DNA of 63,867 nucleotides, the filler included, from an uncultured Methanosarcinales archaeon (GTDB lineage: Archaea > Nanobdellota > Nanobdellia > Woesearchaeales > CAYXTQ01), in assembly GCA_964608065.1 (NCBI GenBank). It is 8 parts of 8 records of this genome, joined end to end, with 100 filler letters (N's around TTAATTAATTAA, not from the genome) between each part and the next. Parts side by side here need not be neighbours in the genome. Positions count along the whole stretch, not along the records: positions 1 to 8,853 come from CAZSMA010000060.1; positions 8,954 to 17,687 come from CAZSMA010000061.1; 6 more parts are not named here. One strand, 5' to 3'. A model generated the notes under the pieces. It saw only the letters and a program-made list of their open reading frames with translations, had not been told where the DNA came from and ran no database searches. Of the stretch, positions 1 through 10,556 are shown piece after piece. Every line of letters begins with the position of its first letter. The stretch's first letter is position 1. Position numbers and translations under genes: made by a program.

Positions 1-60
1 TTTTTTTTTTTTATGTTTATTTTTTTTTTTTTTTGGTTTTTTTTTTTTTTTTTTTTATTT

Positions 61-317
61 TTCTTAAATAAATTTTTTATGAATCTTTCTGGCTGAGGAA
101 CTTCCTTGTATTTATCCAGTGTTTCCTTTACAAAAGTCAACCTAGAATATGTTTCTTCAACATCCCTTACATTTTCATAAGAATATTCAGAATCAAGCTT
201 AATCTCAGACTCTTTTAACTCGCATATTCCTGCCTCATGCAATGGTGTTATTATTTTACTTATTGTGTCTTTTCTTAAAAACGTAGATACATGATATATC
301 TTTGCTGGTCTGAACAT
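61..317 (-). CDS. atpI: A/V-type ATP synthase subunit I, N-terminal fragment running into low-quality sequence at the window start
   Basis: Manual translation from ATG at 317: MFRPAKIYHVSTFLRKDTISKIITPLHEAGICELK, typical of the subunit I N-terminus; follows a subunit H-like ORF. Confidence 0.7.
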
Positions 318-323
318 TTTTTT

Positions 324-638
324 TTATTTTAGCACTTCTTGTAGGATTAGGTCTACCCCTTTATTTTTATTTTTTTCAAATTTTCTCTTTAGAGAAGATA
401 TTTGTTTTTTGTATGATTCTAGATCTTTCTTTAGTTTTTCTCTTGCTTTTTCCTCTTCTTTTTTTACTGCTTCGCTTTTATTTTGTAATAGTTTTTTTTC
501 TGTGTCTGTAATATTTTTTTGTATTGCCTTTTTTGTGTTCTCAAAGGTCTTTTCACTGTCTTTTCTTGCTTTTTCCAGAAGTTGTTCTTGTTGTTCTTCA
601 AAAGATTTAAGTTCTTGTAAAATAGATTTTTGATTCAT
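324..638 (-). CDS. A/V-type ATP synthase subunit H(G)-like peripheral stalk protein
   Basis: 104 aa K/E-rich coiled coil directly upstream of subunit I. Confidence 0.65.
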   Translation of the reverse strand: MNQKSILQELKSFEEQQEQLLEKARKDSEKTFENTKKAIQKNITDTEKKLLQNKSEAVKKEEEKAREKLKKDLESYKKQISSLKRKFEKNKNKGVDLILQEVLK

Positions 639-869
639 TCTTTAACATCCCCACCTCATTTTATAAAAAGTTGCTATAAAATAGACAGTACTTCTTAGTT
701 GGCAATTCAGATTAACACTCTTATTTATAAAGTTTATTGTTTTTTAGTGTAATATATTCTTTCTTTTCTTGTTTTCGTAATCAGTCGGTTGTGAATATCT
801 CAAAAACATAAATTTTATATAGTTTTTAACAACTTTTAATTTTCTAATAAAACTTATGAGGGTGATAAA

Positions 870-2807
870 ATGTTATACTATATTTTGGCAATAAGTGTAT
901 TGGCTTTAGTATTTGCAGGATATACTGCTTCTAAAGTTCGTAAGATGGGACAAGGCACTGATAAGATGAAGGAGATCGCAAAAGCTATTCATGAAGGAGC
1001 TATGGCTTTTTTATTCAGAGAGTATAAGATTCTATCAATATTTGTTATAGTCTTGTTTTTTGTACTTGGTTATTTTCTATCATGGATAACTGCAATTTCG
1101 TTTTTATGCGGAGCTATATTATCAACACTTGCAGGATTTATTGGAATGAATATAGCAACTAAGGCTAATGTCAGGACAACGCATGCTGCAACAAAAAGTT
1201 TAGTTGGTGCATTAAGGGTTGCTTTTTCAAGTGGAGTTGTTATGGGTTTTAGTGTTGTTGGTTTTGGACTTTTAGGAGTTAGTGTTTTATTCCTTGTTTT
1301 CAAAGATCCTAATCTGATAATAGGATTTGGTTTTGGAGCTTCATCAGTTGCATTGTTTGCAAGAGTAGGTGGAGGAATTTATACAAAAGCAGCAGATGTT
1401 GGGGCTGATTTAGTTGGAAAGGTTGAAGCTGGAATTCCTGAAGATGACCCAAGGAACCCTGCTGTTATAGCTGACAATGTAGGGGATAATGTAGGGGATG
1501 TTGCTGGAATGGGTGCTGATCTGTTTGAAAGCTATGTTGGTTCAATTCTTGCTACAATGATTCTTGCATTGAGTATTTCTGTTGGTGCTTCAAAATTTGT
1601 TGTTCTGCCTCTTGCTATTGCTGCAACAGGAATTATATGTTCTATTATAGGAACATTATTTGTAAAAACAAATAGTGAGAAGAAAGTCCATTCTGCTCTG
1701 AATAAAGGGCTTTTTTCAGCAAGTATATTGTTATTGCCTTTAGCTTATTTAATAATTAGATTTACATTGCCAAAAACATTTGAAATGGGAGGAGTAACTT
1801 ATGGTTCAATAGGTGTGTTTTATGCAACTGTAGCTGGATTGGTTGCAGGAGTTTTAATTGGTCTGCTTACAGAATATTATACATCCTATGATTATAAGCC
1901 AACAAGGAAGGTTTCTGAAAGTTCAAAGACAGGAGCTGCTACAAACATAATTGAAGGTTTGTCAACAGGTATGGTAAGCACTGTTCTTCCTGTATTGGTT
2001 ATATGTTTAGGGATATTTATAGCTTATTATTTTTCAGGACTTTATGGTATTGCAATAGCTGCTGTTGGAATGCTTTCAACACTCGGTATAAGTTTAGCAG
2101 TAGATGCTTATGGTCCTGTTGCTGATAATGCAGGGGGAATTGCAGAAATGGCTGGGTTGCCATCAAAAGTAAGGAAAAGGACAGATTCACTTGATTCTGT
2201 AGGAAATACAACTGCTGCTATGGGAAAGGGTTTTGCAATCGGTTCAGCAGCATTGACTGCATTAGCATTGTTTTCTGCTTTTACAACAACAGCTAAGATT
2301 AGTATGATCAATATAATGAATCCAATGGTAATAATTGGTTTGTTTATTGGAGGCAGTTTGCCTTTCTTGTTTTCATCAATGACTATGAGGGCTGTTGGAA
2401 GAGCTGCTCATGATATGATTGAGGAAGTTAGGAGACAGTTCAAGAATATAAAGGGTTTGATGGAAGGAAAAGCCAAGCCAGACCATAAAAGGTGCGTTGA
2501 TATTGCTACAAGAGGAGCTTTAAAACAGATGATTATTCCTAGCTTGATAGCTGTTGTAGTTCCTGTTCTGACAGGATTGGTTTTGGGAGTTGAGGCTCTT
2601 GGAGGATTATTAGCTGGATCATTGGTTACAGGAGTTTTGCTTGCAATAATGATGGCTAATACTGGCGGATCATGGGATAATGCTAAGAAATATATTGAAT
2701 TAGGGAATTTTGGTGGAAAAGGTTCAGATGCTCATAAAGCTGCTGTAGTAGGAGATACAGTCGGAGATCCATTCAAGGACACATCAGGCCCTTCAATGAA
2801 ATTTTAA
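870..2807 (+). CDS. hppA: Membrane-bound pyrophosphatase, K+-dependent type (probably Na+-translocating); 3' end corrupted
   Basis: [49 protein letters not shown] (Ala) marks K+ dependence. Confidence 0.95.
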   Translation: MLYYILAISVLALVFAGYTASKVRKMGQGTDKMKEIAKAIHEGAMAFLFREYKILSIFVIVLFFVLGYFLSWITAISFLCGAILSTLAGFIGMNIATKANVRTTHAATKSLVGALRVAFSSGVVMGFSVVGFGLLGVSVLFLVFKDPNLIIGFGFGASSVALFARVGGGIYTKAADVGADLVGKVEAGIPEDDPRNPAVIADNVGDNVGDVAGMGADLFESYVGSILATMILALSISVGASKFVVLPLAIAATGIICSIIGTLFVKTNSEKKVHSALNKGLFSASILLLPLAYLIIRFTLPKTFEMGGVTYGSIGVFYATVAGLVAGVLIGLLTEYYTSYDYKPTRKVSESSKTGAATNIIEGLSTGMVSTVLPVLVICLGIFIAYYFSGLYGIAIAAVGMLSTLGISLAVDAYGPVADNAGGIAEMAGLPSKVRKRTDSLDSVGNTTAAMGKGFAIGSAALTALALFSAFTTTAKISMINIMNPMVIIGLFIGGSLPFLFSSMTMRAVGRAAHDMIEEVRRQFKNIKGLMEGKAKPDHKRCVDIATRGALKQMIIPSLIAVVVPVLTGLVLGVEALGGLLAGSLVTGVLLAIMMANTGGSWDNAKKYIELGNFGGKGSDAHKAAVVGDTVGDPFKDTSGPSMKF

Positions 2808-2920
2808 ATAAAATTAATGATTTTTTTGGTTTTAGTCAGTTTTTGTTTTTTTTTTTAGTTTTTTTTTTTTTTTTTTTGTTTTAGGAAAAGTTTTTATAGG
2901 TTAGTTATTAGATTGTTTTT

Positions 2921-4621
2921 ATGTCTATATTTAGAAAAACCTTAAAAAAAAGAAATCTTTATTGGGATGAAAAAATTACTTTAGAAGGTTGGAACCATAT
3001 TGCACAAAGGATATATGGTGAAAGAGAATTAGCTAATATCTGGTATGAGGATATAAAAAATGATTTTGAAGCATTAGAAAAAGGCAGTAAGGATATAGCC
3101 CATATTATCAAAAAATTAGAGAACAAGATAGGAGATGACCATGAATATAAAGAAGTGCTAGAAAGTATAAATATGCTTATACATCTTGTGAAACACCCTA
3201 AAGCTAGTGCAAAATTTCTTAATAAAGTGTATGATAAAGTAAAAAAAATGATAAGATATATTGAAAAAAAGAAAGGTGGGGATATTATTGAGGCTCCTGG
3301 AAGAAGGTTGTTTATTAAGAAAATAGCAGTAGGAACAGTTGGTTTGCAGTTAACTAAGGGTAATTTGTTTGGTCAAAGTGCAATACATAAGTACTTATTG
3401 ATCGAAGAATATAAAAATATAATAGAAGCTATGAAAGGATATAAATTTCTTAATACGCTTTATGGGAATCTAAAGGCACTTTACAAAATAAATCCTGGAG
3501 AGGGGGTTGAATTTATTATTCAAAGTGACAACAAAGGTTGTAGGACTATTGCTTACTCAAGAAAAGAGGTTGTCCTTTCAGCTTTTAAAACTATTTTTGA
3601 GCATGATACTGGAAAGAAAACTGAGGTTGTTAGTTCACAAGATGTAAATATGAATGAGGGAATATTCTATATTCAGTTTTCATTTAATAAGGATGAGAAA
3701 TTTGTGCTGAGAAATCTTGAATTATTGAAGAAATACAAGAATATTGTTTTGTATTATGATACTGAAGAGGGAGGGATAAAATTATTATTGGGCCCTTACA
3801 CAACAGAAGATTCTGCAGCTGATGTGGCAAAAAAGATTCTTAGGTTAGATAGTGTTCTTGATATTCTTTTGACAAATGAATTAGGTGTAGTTACACCAAT
3901 TTATCCGTATGGTATGCTTGATTTTGAGTGGCAAAATATAATCAAAGAAATTAAGGTTTTAGAAGCGAAAGATGTTTCTAATGCTAAAGGAAGGAATGAA
4001 AAAAGAAATAAAGTGTATGAACAACAGGGAAAAAAGACTTATTCTTTTGATCAGATCAATGCAATAATTGAGCAAAATATTGATAAGAATGAGATTTTTT
4101 ATGGTAAAAGATGGTTATCTTTATTAAAAGCAATAGCTTGGTGTGAATCCACTTATGACCCGCGTGTAGTAGGTTATAAGATAGTGAAAAAGTGGGTTAA
4201 GACTGAAAGCGGGAAGCTAGTAAGAAAAAAAGTAAGGGAGAAAGCTGGAAGGGGTTTGTACCAATTAATGCCTAAAACAGCAAAATATATGGGGGGAAGG
4301 GAGTATACTGAAGAAGAGCTTTTTAACCCTTATATTAGTAAAGAATTGGGTATAAAGTATATTAATTATTTGAAAAATAAAATAGATGGTTACTACTCGC
4401 CTAAGGGAGATCATGGAACAAAACTAAAGTTAATATTAGCCGCTTATAATGGTGGTGAGTCTGCTATTAAATGGTCTAGGAAAGGTGGTGAAATTATAAA
4501 ACCTATGATTAGGGTTTATGAAAATGAAATAAATAAAGGATATCAACAAACAAGGGATTATGTTAAAAAAGTTACAAAACAATGCAAGTTATTTGAAAAA
4601 GGTTTTGTACCAAAACCTTAA
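2921..4621 (+). CDS. SLT-family lytic transglycosylase domain protein with SPOR-like segment and internal twin-Arg motif
   Basis: AIAWCES, GLYQLMPKTA, LAAYNGG, TRDYVKKV; LLLGPYTTEDSAADVAKKI; GRRLFIKK. Confidence 0.8.
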   Translation: MSIFRKTLKKRNLYWDEKITLEGWNHIAQRIYGERELANIWYEDIKNDFEALEKGSKDIAHIIKKLENKIGDDHEYKEVLESINMLIHLVKHPKASAKFLNKVYDKVKKMIRYIEKKKGGDIIEAPGRRLFIKKIAVGTVGLQLTKGNLFGQSAIHKYLLIEEYKNIIEAMKGYKFLNTLYGNLKALYKINPGEGVEFIIQSDNKGCRTIAYSRKEVVLSAFKTIFEHDTGKKTEVVSSQDVNMNEGIFYIQFSFNKDEKFVLRNLELLKKYKNIVLYYDTEEGGIKLLLGPYTTEDSAADVAKKILRLDSVLDILLTNELGVVTPIYPYGMLDFEWQNIIKEIKVLEAKDVSNAKGRNEKRNKVYEQQGKKTYSFDQINAIIEQNIDKNEIFYGKRWLSLLKAIAWCESTYDPRVVGYKIVKKWVKTESGKLVRKKVREKAGRGLYQLMPKTAKYMGGREYTEEELFNPYISKELGIKYINYLKNKIDGYYSPKGDHGTKLKLILAAYNGGESAIKWSRKGGEIIKPMIRVYENEINKGYQQTRDYVKKVTKQCKLFEKGFVPKP

Positions 4622-4628
4622 TTATTTT

Positions 4629-4895
4629 TTATTCTATCAACAACTCTTTCTCTTTCTCAAAATATTCTTCTTCAGAAATCTGGCCTGTTATGTATTGTAC
4701 TTGAAGTTGTTTTAATGGGGAGTCTATGTCTTTGATACTTATTACTATGGAACTATCTAGTTTCTCTACTGGTTCTTTGTGTTCAAGGTCTTCTACATAA
4801 TTTTTGCCCCATGACATTGTTATTGCACCTACAATTACAGCAAAGACTACCAGAAGCAGGGTTGCCATTAAAGGTGACAGGGCTTTTTTATTCAT
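4629..4895 (-). CDS. Archaeal type IV pilin-like protein (class III signal peptide)
   Basis: MNKKA/LSPLMATLLLVVFAVIVG. Confidence 0.85.
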   Translation of the reverse strand: MNKKALSPLMATLLLVVFAVIVGAITMSWGKNYVEDLEHKEPVEKLDSSIVISIKDIDSPLKQLQVQYITGQISEEEYFEKEKELLIE

Positions 4896-5274
4896 TTGTT
4901 AAAATTTACCTCTTAAATTTTCATATTGAAAATCTGTGATTTTCATCTTATTGTTTTAATATAATCTTTTTGCAATAATAACATGTAAATGAACAAACTA
5001 ATCATCATCATTTCAAATATAGGGAACAGTAAAGGGGGGATTTCTAAGAATCCTACAGATGCCATTACAGTCATTGATTCCTCAATAACATAGAGTATTA
5101 TAGCTATAAACAAGAAATACCAAGGAATATTGTAGATTCCTTTTTTTTTCTGCATAAACAGCTTAATGAATAATACAATAACTATGGCTACTAATACTAG
5201 ATTATAGTATGGTGCTATTATTCCTAAACATTCTGTGAAGGTCATTTGTTAAAATTTACCTCTTAAATTTTCAT
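4892..5274. repeat. 33-bp exact direct repeat (4892-4924 and 5242-5274) forming the RBS/start region of two consecutive genes
   Basis: tcatttgttaaaatttacctcttaaattttcat occurs twice. Confidence 0.9.
4943..5245 (-). CDS. Small 3-TM membrane protein
   Basis: Hydrophobic; NL..PW..EE pattern shared with the neighbouring gene. Confidence 0.75.
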   Translation of the reverse strand: MTFTECLGIIAPYYNLVLVAIVIVLFIKLFMQKKKGIYNIPWYFLFIAIILYVIEESMTVMASVGFLEIPPLLFPIFEMMMISLFIYMLLLQKDYIKTIR

Positions 5275-5558
5275 TTTTTTATGTTTATCTGAAATGTTAA
5301 AGCAAATATCAAAAATCCTAATATTATTGTTGGAACTATATGGGTTAAGTAAGATGTTGAAAAGATACTAAAAGCTCTTAAAGCCCCTAATGTTTCTTGA
5401 ATCATAAAGAAGAATAAAGCAACTATTAATGCTAGCCACGGTTTTAGATAGTGTTTTTTAGTAGATGCTTTGATCAGGCCTATTGCAATTATGGCTGCAA
5501 TTACACTTAGAACTAAGTTTGCTATTTTTAATAAACCTTCAACAAAAAACAAACTCAT
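5271..5558 (-). CDS. Small 3-TM membrane protein, probable paralog of 4943-5245
   Basis: Likely start MSLFFVEG after a GGGGTGA RBS; NL..PW..QE pattern. Confidence 0.7.
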   Translation of the reverse strand: MSLFFVEGLLKIANLVLSVIAAIIAIGLIKASTKKHYLKPWLALIVALFFFMIQETLGALRAFSIFSTSYLTHIVPTIILGFLIFALTFQINIKK

Positions 5559-5656
5559 ATCACCCCTTTTTATTTTATTAAGTATATTGTAATATAAAAG
5601 CTTTTTTGTTTTTAAAACAATAACTTTATATATAATATTTATCAATAATCAGTTTA

Positions 5657-6802
5657 ATGAAAAAATCACAGTTTGTTATAGGCAAGCCTTTTATTTACAT
5701 ATTGGTTCTGATATTTATGGTATTGATCTTGTTCTGGGTGAACAGCCAGTTTAGGGAGGTTGGAGATAAGACTGAGAAACAAGAAGTGAGGAATTTTGCA
5801 ACAAGTCTTGATAATATGCTGTTAAAACAGACTTACAAGTATGAAGGTGTTAAGGAAGAAAGCTTTGCTTTGCCTTTGGATTTAGAGTTAGTCTGCTTTA
5901 TTGATAAAGATAAAGGATTTGATGAATATGTTAATACTGAGTTGAGTTCGTATATGGATTTTTATCCTAGTTATAATGTTTTCTTTTTTCCAATAGATAA
6001 GTATGATCCTGCAACTATAGAAAATATTGAACTTGAGGAAAGCCCTCTTTGTGTTAAGACTATAAATGGAAGAATAGATTTAAGTTTAGTCGGAAAAGGA
6101 GATAAAACACAGATTAAGGCTGTGGGTGATAAAGAGATAGATTGTGTTACTTTGCTGTATAATGGTGATCCTGAAGATAAAGTTGATGTTGTGTTTTTAG
6201 GCAATGATTATAAGGAAGTTGGAGATTTCACAGAAGATGTTAGCAAATATGTAAATAATGTTTTTTTAGAAACAAAACCTCTTGATTTGAATAGGGATAA
6301 AATTAATTTTTACAGAATAGATAAATTTCAGGATTTAGGCTGCGAGATTACAAGCTATATTTTATGTAATCAGTATAGGGCAAAACAATTAGCTTCTAAT
6401 TGTCCTAATGATTATATTTTTATTTTAACTGATATCAGCAAGATCAAAGATTTTGTCAAACCAATAAGAAGCAGTGCTTTTTCGAATATAGCTCATATAA
6501 ATGTAGCTGATAATGATTTTGTCTTACTGCATGAGTTTGGCCATACTTTTGGGGATTTAGCAGATGAGTATGTAGATGAGAGTTATTATAAAATGTTTGA
6601 TGAGGATAATTATCCTAACTGTGACAAAGTTGGATGTGAAGAATGGTCTGATGTTGAGGAAGCTGGTTGTTTTGAAGGCTGTTCTGTAAGCCAATTTTAC
6701 AGGCCAACTAAAGAGTCTATAATGAGAAATTATCTGAAATCAAGAGTATATGGGGTTGTTAATGAGGATATTGTTGATAAGAGGTTAGATGTTTATGAGT
6801 AA
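5657..6802 (+). CDS. M64-like zinc metallopeptidase with pilin-like N-terminus
   Basis: KVDVVFLG, HEFGHTFGDLADEY, CFEGC, SIMR; MKKSQ followed by a hydrophobic helix. Confidence 0.8.
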   Translation: MKKSQFVIGKPFIYILVLIFMVLILFWVNSQFREVGDKTEKQEVRNFATSLDNMLLKQTYKYEGVKEESFALPLDLELVCFIDKDKGFDEYVNTELSSYMDFYPSYNVFFFPIDKYDPATIENIELEESPLCVKTINGRIDLSLVGKGDKTQIKAVGDKEIDCVTLLYNGDPEDKVDVVFLGNDYKEVGDFTEDVSKYVNNVFLETKPLDLNRDKINFYRIDKFQDLGCEITSYILCNQYRAKQLASNCPNDYIFILTDISKIKDFVKPIRSSAFSNIAHINVADNDFVLLHEFGHTFGDLADEYVDESYYKMFDEDNYPNCDKVGCEEWSDVEEAGCFEGCSVSQFYRPTKESIMRNYLKSRVYGVVNEDIVDKRLDVYE

Positions 6803-7316
6803 AACAATAAAGATAATAGCAGTAATGTTTATTTTATTATTGAGTATAGTTATAGCTCAGAATGAAGTGTTTATTGTTGACTTAAACTATGAGGATGGAG
6901 AACTCACAGTTAAGGAAGTTATGACGAAGACAGGTTATTATCCTGACAGAAAAATTCATAAAGGGGAAGATTATACACTTGATTTGGTTTCTGAGGATGA
7001 AGTGCTGTATTCATTTAAATTTGAAGTTCCTTTAAGGATCCAGACAGATGTTATAAATGAAGATGGAGAGATTGAAGGTGGAGTTATTGTTTTGGATAAA
7101 AGCAATTTTGCTTTAGTACTGCCTTATTATGATAAAGCTAAGGAGATTAAGATTTATGATAATAAGAATAAGGAAGTTGTTTCTAAATCTGTTGTTCCAG
7201 CTTTAGGTGAGAGAACAACTTTGAAATATGTTTTTGGGTTTATAATAATATTTATTGTGCTGTATTTCTTTTTCAGGAAGAAAGGGCATGGAAGAGTTAT
7301 AACACGTCGCATATGA
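6789..7316 (+). CDS. Secreted, membrane-anchored hypothetical protein coupled to the peptidase
   Basis: Signal peptide and C-terminal TM; overlaps upstream stop. Confidence 0.75.
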   Translation: MFMSKTIKIIAVMFILLLSIVIAQNEVFIVDLNYEDGELTVKEVMTKTGYYPDRKIHKGEDYTLDLVSEDEVLYSFKFEVPLRIQTDVINEDGEIEGGVIVLDKSNFALVLPYYDKAKEIKIYDNKNKEVVSKSVVPALGERTTLKYVFGFIIIFIVLYFFFRKKGHGRVITRRI

Positions 7317-8739
7317 TGCTTCTCAGCATATGGCCTGTTACTTTTACGTTGTAGAATTTGTTCAGTTCTAATCTTTGTTTTATTCCAACAATTAAAGGGT
7401 AGGTTCCAAGATGTCTTCCAAAGGTAGTTTTTCCGTCGTAGATTTCCATCCTTACATCTTTTAATATTGTTTCTTTTGGAACAAGTTTTTGAAGCATTGG
7501 AGAATCAATGTTTTGTCTTATATCATTTCTCCATTTCCAGTAATATTTCTTGTTTTTTCTTAGGAATTTGTTTTTTACTGTTTTGTATAATGGTGTTCCT
7601 TCAAATATGTTGACCTGCCTTATGTTTATTCTTCTTAGTAATAAGTTTTCTTTTATAATTTTTTTTAAGTGGAATATATTTTGTTCATGAGTTTGTTTTG
7701 ATTCTCCTTTTAATCCAAAAATAAGGTTTATTCCAGGCAGAAATTTTTGCATTCCATTAGATCCTCTGCTTTTCCCATATTTGTTTATTATTTTTACAGC
7801 TTTGAATGTTTTTTCAGGAGTTGTGTTAAGGTTGTTTTCTTCTATAACTGTCTTATCAAAGCTTTCTACTCCAAAAGCAGCTATGTTTCCTTCTGTGCAG
7901 TATTTGACTATTGCTTGAGTTATTTCTTCTCCTCGTTTTGTGATTACTGTGTTTGGATTTACATTGTCGATATGCAATGTTTTGATATTTAATTTTCTTA
8001 TTTGTTTTAACAGCTCTATTGGATCTGGATAAGTGTAGAAGCAGTTTTGTTTTCCTAATCTGAAATGCTGGCAGCCAAGTTTAGTGAATGCTTTGATTTC
8101 ATTTAGTATGTCGTTTATGGGTCTGAATTCTAGTTTGTTTTTTATAGGTTCTGTGCAGAAACTACAAGAACCAGAGCAACCATGACTTGTTTCTATCTCT
8201 ATAACTCTTAAGTCTTGGATTTGTTTGATGATATCAGAGCCTTTAATGCTGTGTTGTTTTATTTCATTGTAGGAAAAGTTGAAGTTTTTGATATTGAACG
8301 TACTTAAGTCTGCTTTTTCAAAGAATTTTCCGCCTTCTGAGGCAGTTCCGTAAACAGCAGGGCCTGTTAGTATTTTTGTTATATTTAGGTCTTTGGTTAA
8401 AGAGATGATTTCCTTTAAAGTTCCTGGAACAGCGCTTAGGTATTTTCCTGGAGTATGTATTCCAAGGATTACAATTAAAGTTGTTGTGTTTTGTAGAATG
8501 TTTTTTATGTTATTGTAGTTTTTAGTTAAATTATATACTTTAATATTTGTTTTTTGGCTTGGTTTTGTTTTTTGTATTTTTGAGTCATAGATTTTGTATA
8601 ATCTTAAATCGTCTATTGTTATGTAATTAGGGATTTCATCCAGAGACCCTGCTATGTATCTTGGATATGTTCCTAAGTAAGGCGGAACACCTAATCCTGC
8701 TGGTTCATCTGTATAACAGTCTAAGATAGTTGTGGTCAT
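7297..8739 (-). CDS. Archaeal radical SAM protein with C-terminal TRAM domain
   Basis: DEPAGLGVPPY; CSGSCSFC; GTYPLIVGI and VTGHMLRSI. Confidence 0.9.
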   Translation of the reverse strand: MTTTILDCYTDEPAGLGVPPYLGTYPRYIAGSLDEIPNYITIDDLRLYKIYDSKIQKTKPSQKTNIKVYNLTKNYNNIKNILQNTTTLIVILGIHTPGKYLSAVPGTLKEIISLTKDLNITKILTGPAVYGTASEGGKFFEKADLSTFNIKNFNFSYNEIKQHSIKGSDIIKQIQDLRVIEIETSHGCSGSCSFCTEPIKNKLEFRPINDILNEIKAFTKLGCQHFRLGKQNCFYTYPDPIELLKQIRKLNIKTLHIDNVNPNTVITKRGEEITQAIVKYCTEGNIAAFGVESFDKTVIEENNLNTTPEKTFKAVKIINKYGKSRGSNGMQKFLPGINLIFGLKGESKQTHEQNIFHLKKIIKENLLLRRINIRQVNIFEGTPLYKTVKNKFLRKNKKYYWKWRNDIRQNIDSPMLQKLVPKETILKDVRMEIYDGKTTFGRHLGTYPLIVGIKQRLELNKFYNVKVTGHMLRSIICDVL

Positions 8740-8853
8740 AATTAGTCTATTATTATGTTTTTATTTAAAATAGTTTAGATTTTAATTAAAGTTGATTTCT
8801 ATTATTTATCACCACTTCTAAATGACTATAAAATAGAAAGATACAAAGCAATT

Positions 8854-8953
8854 NNNNNNNNNNNNNNNNNNNNNNNNNNNNNNNNNNNNNNNNNNNNTTA
8901 ATTAATTAANNNNNNNNNNNNNNNNNNNNNNNNNNNNNNNNNNNNNNNNNNNN
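8854..8953. other. Artificial contig spacer (also 17688-17787, 26471-26570, 35109-35208, 43673-43772, 52108-52207, 60438-60537)
   Basis: 100-bp N-TTAATTAATTAA-N six-frame-stop linker; contigs decrease in length. Confidence 0.99.
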
Positions 8954-9632
8954 TTTTTCCTTTTTCACACAGTAAAAATACCCTCATATAATGGTCTTTA
9001 TAGTATGAGAAGATTGGTGTTAAAGCTTTGTCGTATTGTGCTGCAATAAGTTGTATTTTTCTGATAAGAATTCTTAATCCTGTTTCATGCATTACTTCAT
9101 TTCTTAAAGGCTGGGACCAGTATTTTCTTTTACATGCATTAGGGTAAGTTCCTGTTAAAGCAGCTGTGTCTGTTGCTGTTATAGCTAGAATTCCTTGTCT
9201 GCTTATTCGTTTTATTGCTGAATCAAGGAATGGATTAGGAGAGCCGAATGGATCTATATCAATATAATCAAAACCTGTGCTTTTTAGCAAGAATAAGCTG
9301 GCATCTTCATTATGGATACTGATATTTTTATTTTTTATTTTGTTTAGCTTTAAGTTTTCTTTAATTATTTTTTTTGAATTTTTATTGTTGTCATTAAAGC
9401 TTATGTTTTTTATCTTATTTTTTTTTAATTCTAGTAAAAATCTGATTCCCCTTACTCCTGTTGCAGCTAATGGTAGTGCTATTTGCAGATTGTTTTTGTT
9501 TATTGAGTTTAATAATAATATGGTTATATCTCTGTTGAATTTCATTACAGGATTGTAGAAGATTGGTAATTTACTTGTAATTTTTCCTTCTGCAATTTTT
9601 ACTTTGGCTTTTCCTTCTTGGATTGTCTTCAT
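8954..9632 (-). CDS. trm1: tRNA (guanine26-N2)-dimethyltransferase, truncated by contig end
   Basis: FYNPVMKFNRD, ATGVRGIR, IDIDPFGSP, TATDTAAL. Confidence 0.95.
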
Positions 9633-9634
9633 TG

Positions 9635-9856
9635 TTAACAGTCTGGGTCTTCTACTTTACATACTGGTTTTTGAGTGGAGAAATCGTCTGGACAAACCCT
9701 ATCTTTATAGCCGCAGATATAGATTTCATCACCAGCTGTTATACTTCCATGAGTGTATTCATCTGGGTAGATAACAGTTATAGTGTCATCTACTGGATTT
9801 TTGCATCCTGAGATTATGGTTAATATCAATATTATTAATATTATTTTTTTAATCAT
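9635..9856 (-). CDS. Small Cys-containing lipoprotein
   Basis: Lipobox ISGC; C-terminal DRVCPDDF..C..EDPDC. Confidence 0.7.
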   Translation of the reverse strand: MIKKIILIILILTIISGCKNPVDDTITVIYPDEYTHGSITAGDEIYICGYKDRVCPDDFSTQKPVCKVEDPDC

Positions 9857-9908
9857 AAGTATAGTGTAGGTTATTAAGAATATATAAAGTTAATCAATAT
9901 ATTAAAAA

Positions 9909-10256
9909 TTAGACTACTGTTAAATACCTATATTCTACATCTCTGAAGTCATCGTTAGATGCTGTTATTTTAACTAAATGATGGCCTTTTCTGGTGTTTT
10001 TAGGGATTCTGTAATGAAACCAAGAGCCAGAGCCGTCATAATCATCAACATCAAAAGAACTACTTGCTAGTATTGTGTCTAGTATATCAACTTTTATTTT
10101 AACATCATCTATGTCGTATGGATTATTGTTGTAGACACTAACTCTTACCTCTGCTTCCTGCCCTATTTTAACATAATCATCTAAGAAATGTACACTAAGT
10201 CCAACTAATAAAATTCCTAAAAAGAATATTGATATTTCTTTTTGCATATTTATCAT
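9909..10256 (-). CDS. Single Ig-like domain protein resembling the C-terminal domain of the 1740-aa protein
   Basis: VKITASNDDFRDVEYRYLTVV vs LRIVISNDNIRRVKHRYITVI. Confidence 0.7.
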   Translation of the reverse strand: MINMQKEISIFFLGILLVGLSVHFLDDYVKIGQEAEVRVSVYNNNPYDIDDVKIKVDILDTILASSSFDVDDYDGSGSWFHYRIPKNTRKGHHLVKITASNDDFRDVEYRYLTVV

Positions 10257-10394
10257 CCCCTTTTATTTAATCTAATAAGAACTAATATTTAAATTATTCT
10301 ATGAAGTTATAGAGGATTAATGACTTGTTTGTAATTAATTTTTAGAAGAAGAGGGAAAGGGGGCAGTCTATAAAGAAGAAAGACAAAATAAAAT

Positions 10395-10532
10395 TTATAA
10401 CCCCAATATCCTGATTAAATCTTTTTTTGCTTTAGCTCTTTCTACTGCTAGTTTTTTTCTGCAAACATAGCACCACTTCCTTCTTTTGTTAAGGCTTGGT
10501 ATTTCATCCCCGCATTTTTCACATATCATCAT
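10395..10532 (-). CDS. 45-aa zinc-finger microprotein (absent from ORF track)
   Basis: MMICEKCGDEIPSLNKRRKWCYVCRKKLAVERAKAKKDLIRILGL*; two CxxC. Confidence 0.7.
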   Translation of the reverse strand: MMICEKCGDEIPSLNKRRKWCYVCRKKLAVERAKAKKDLIRILGL

Positions 10533-10556
10533 TTTTTTTTCTTCTTACCCCCAACA

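Noticed and set aside
1..60. Poly-T/poly-A tracts (also ~16820, ~17625-17660, ~35220-35270)
   Set aside because: Low-quality consensus, mostly near contig ends
2795..2882. Premature stop of hppA (SMKF*) as pseudogene, frameshift or intron
   Set aside because: Runs into a T-rich degraded tract and still resembles the expected NILIKLM ending; no BHB fold; most likely consensus error
8854..8953. Recurrent TTAATTAATTAA flanked by Ns, and ORFs crossing it
   Set aside because: Artificial contig linker; adjacency across linkers is meaningless
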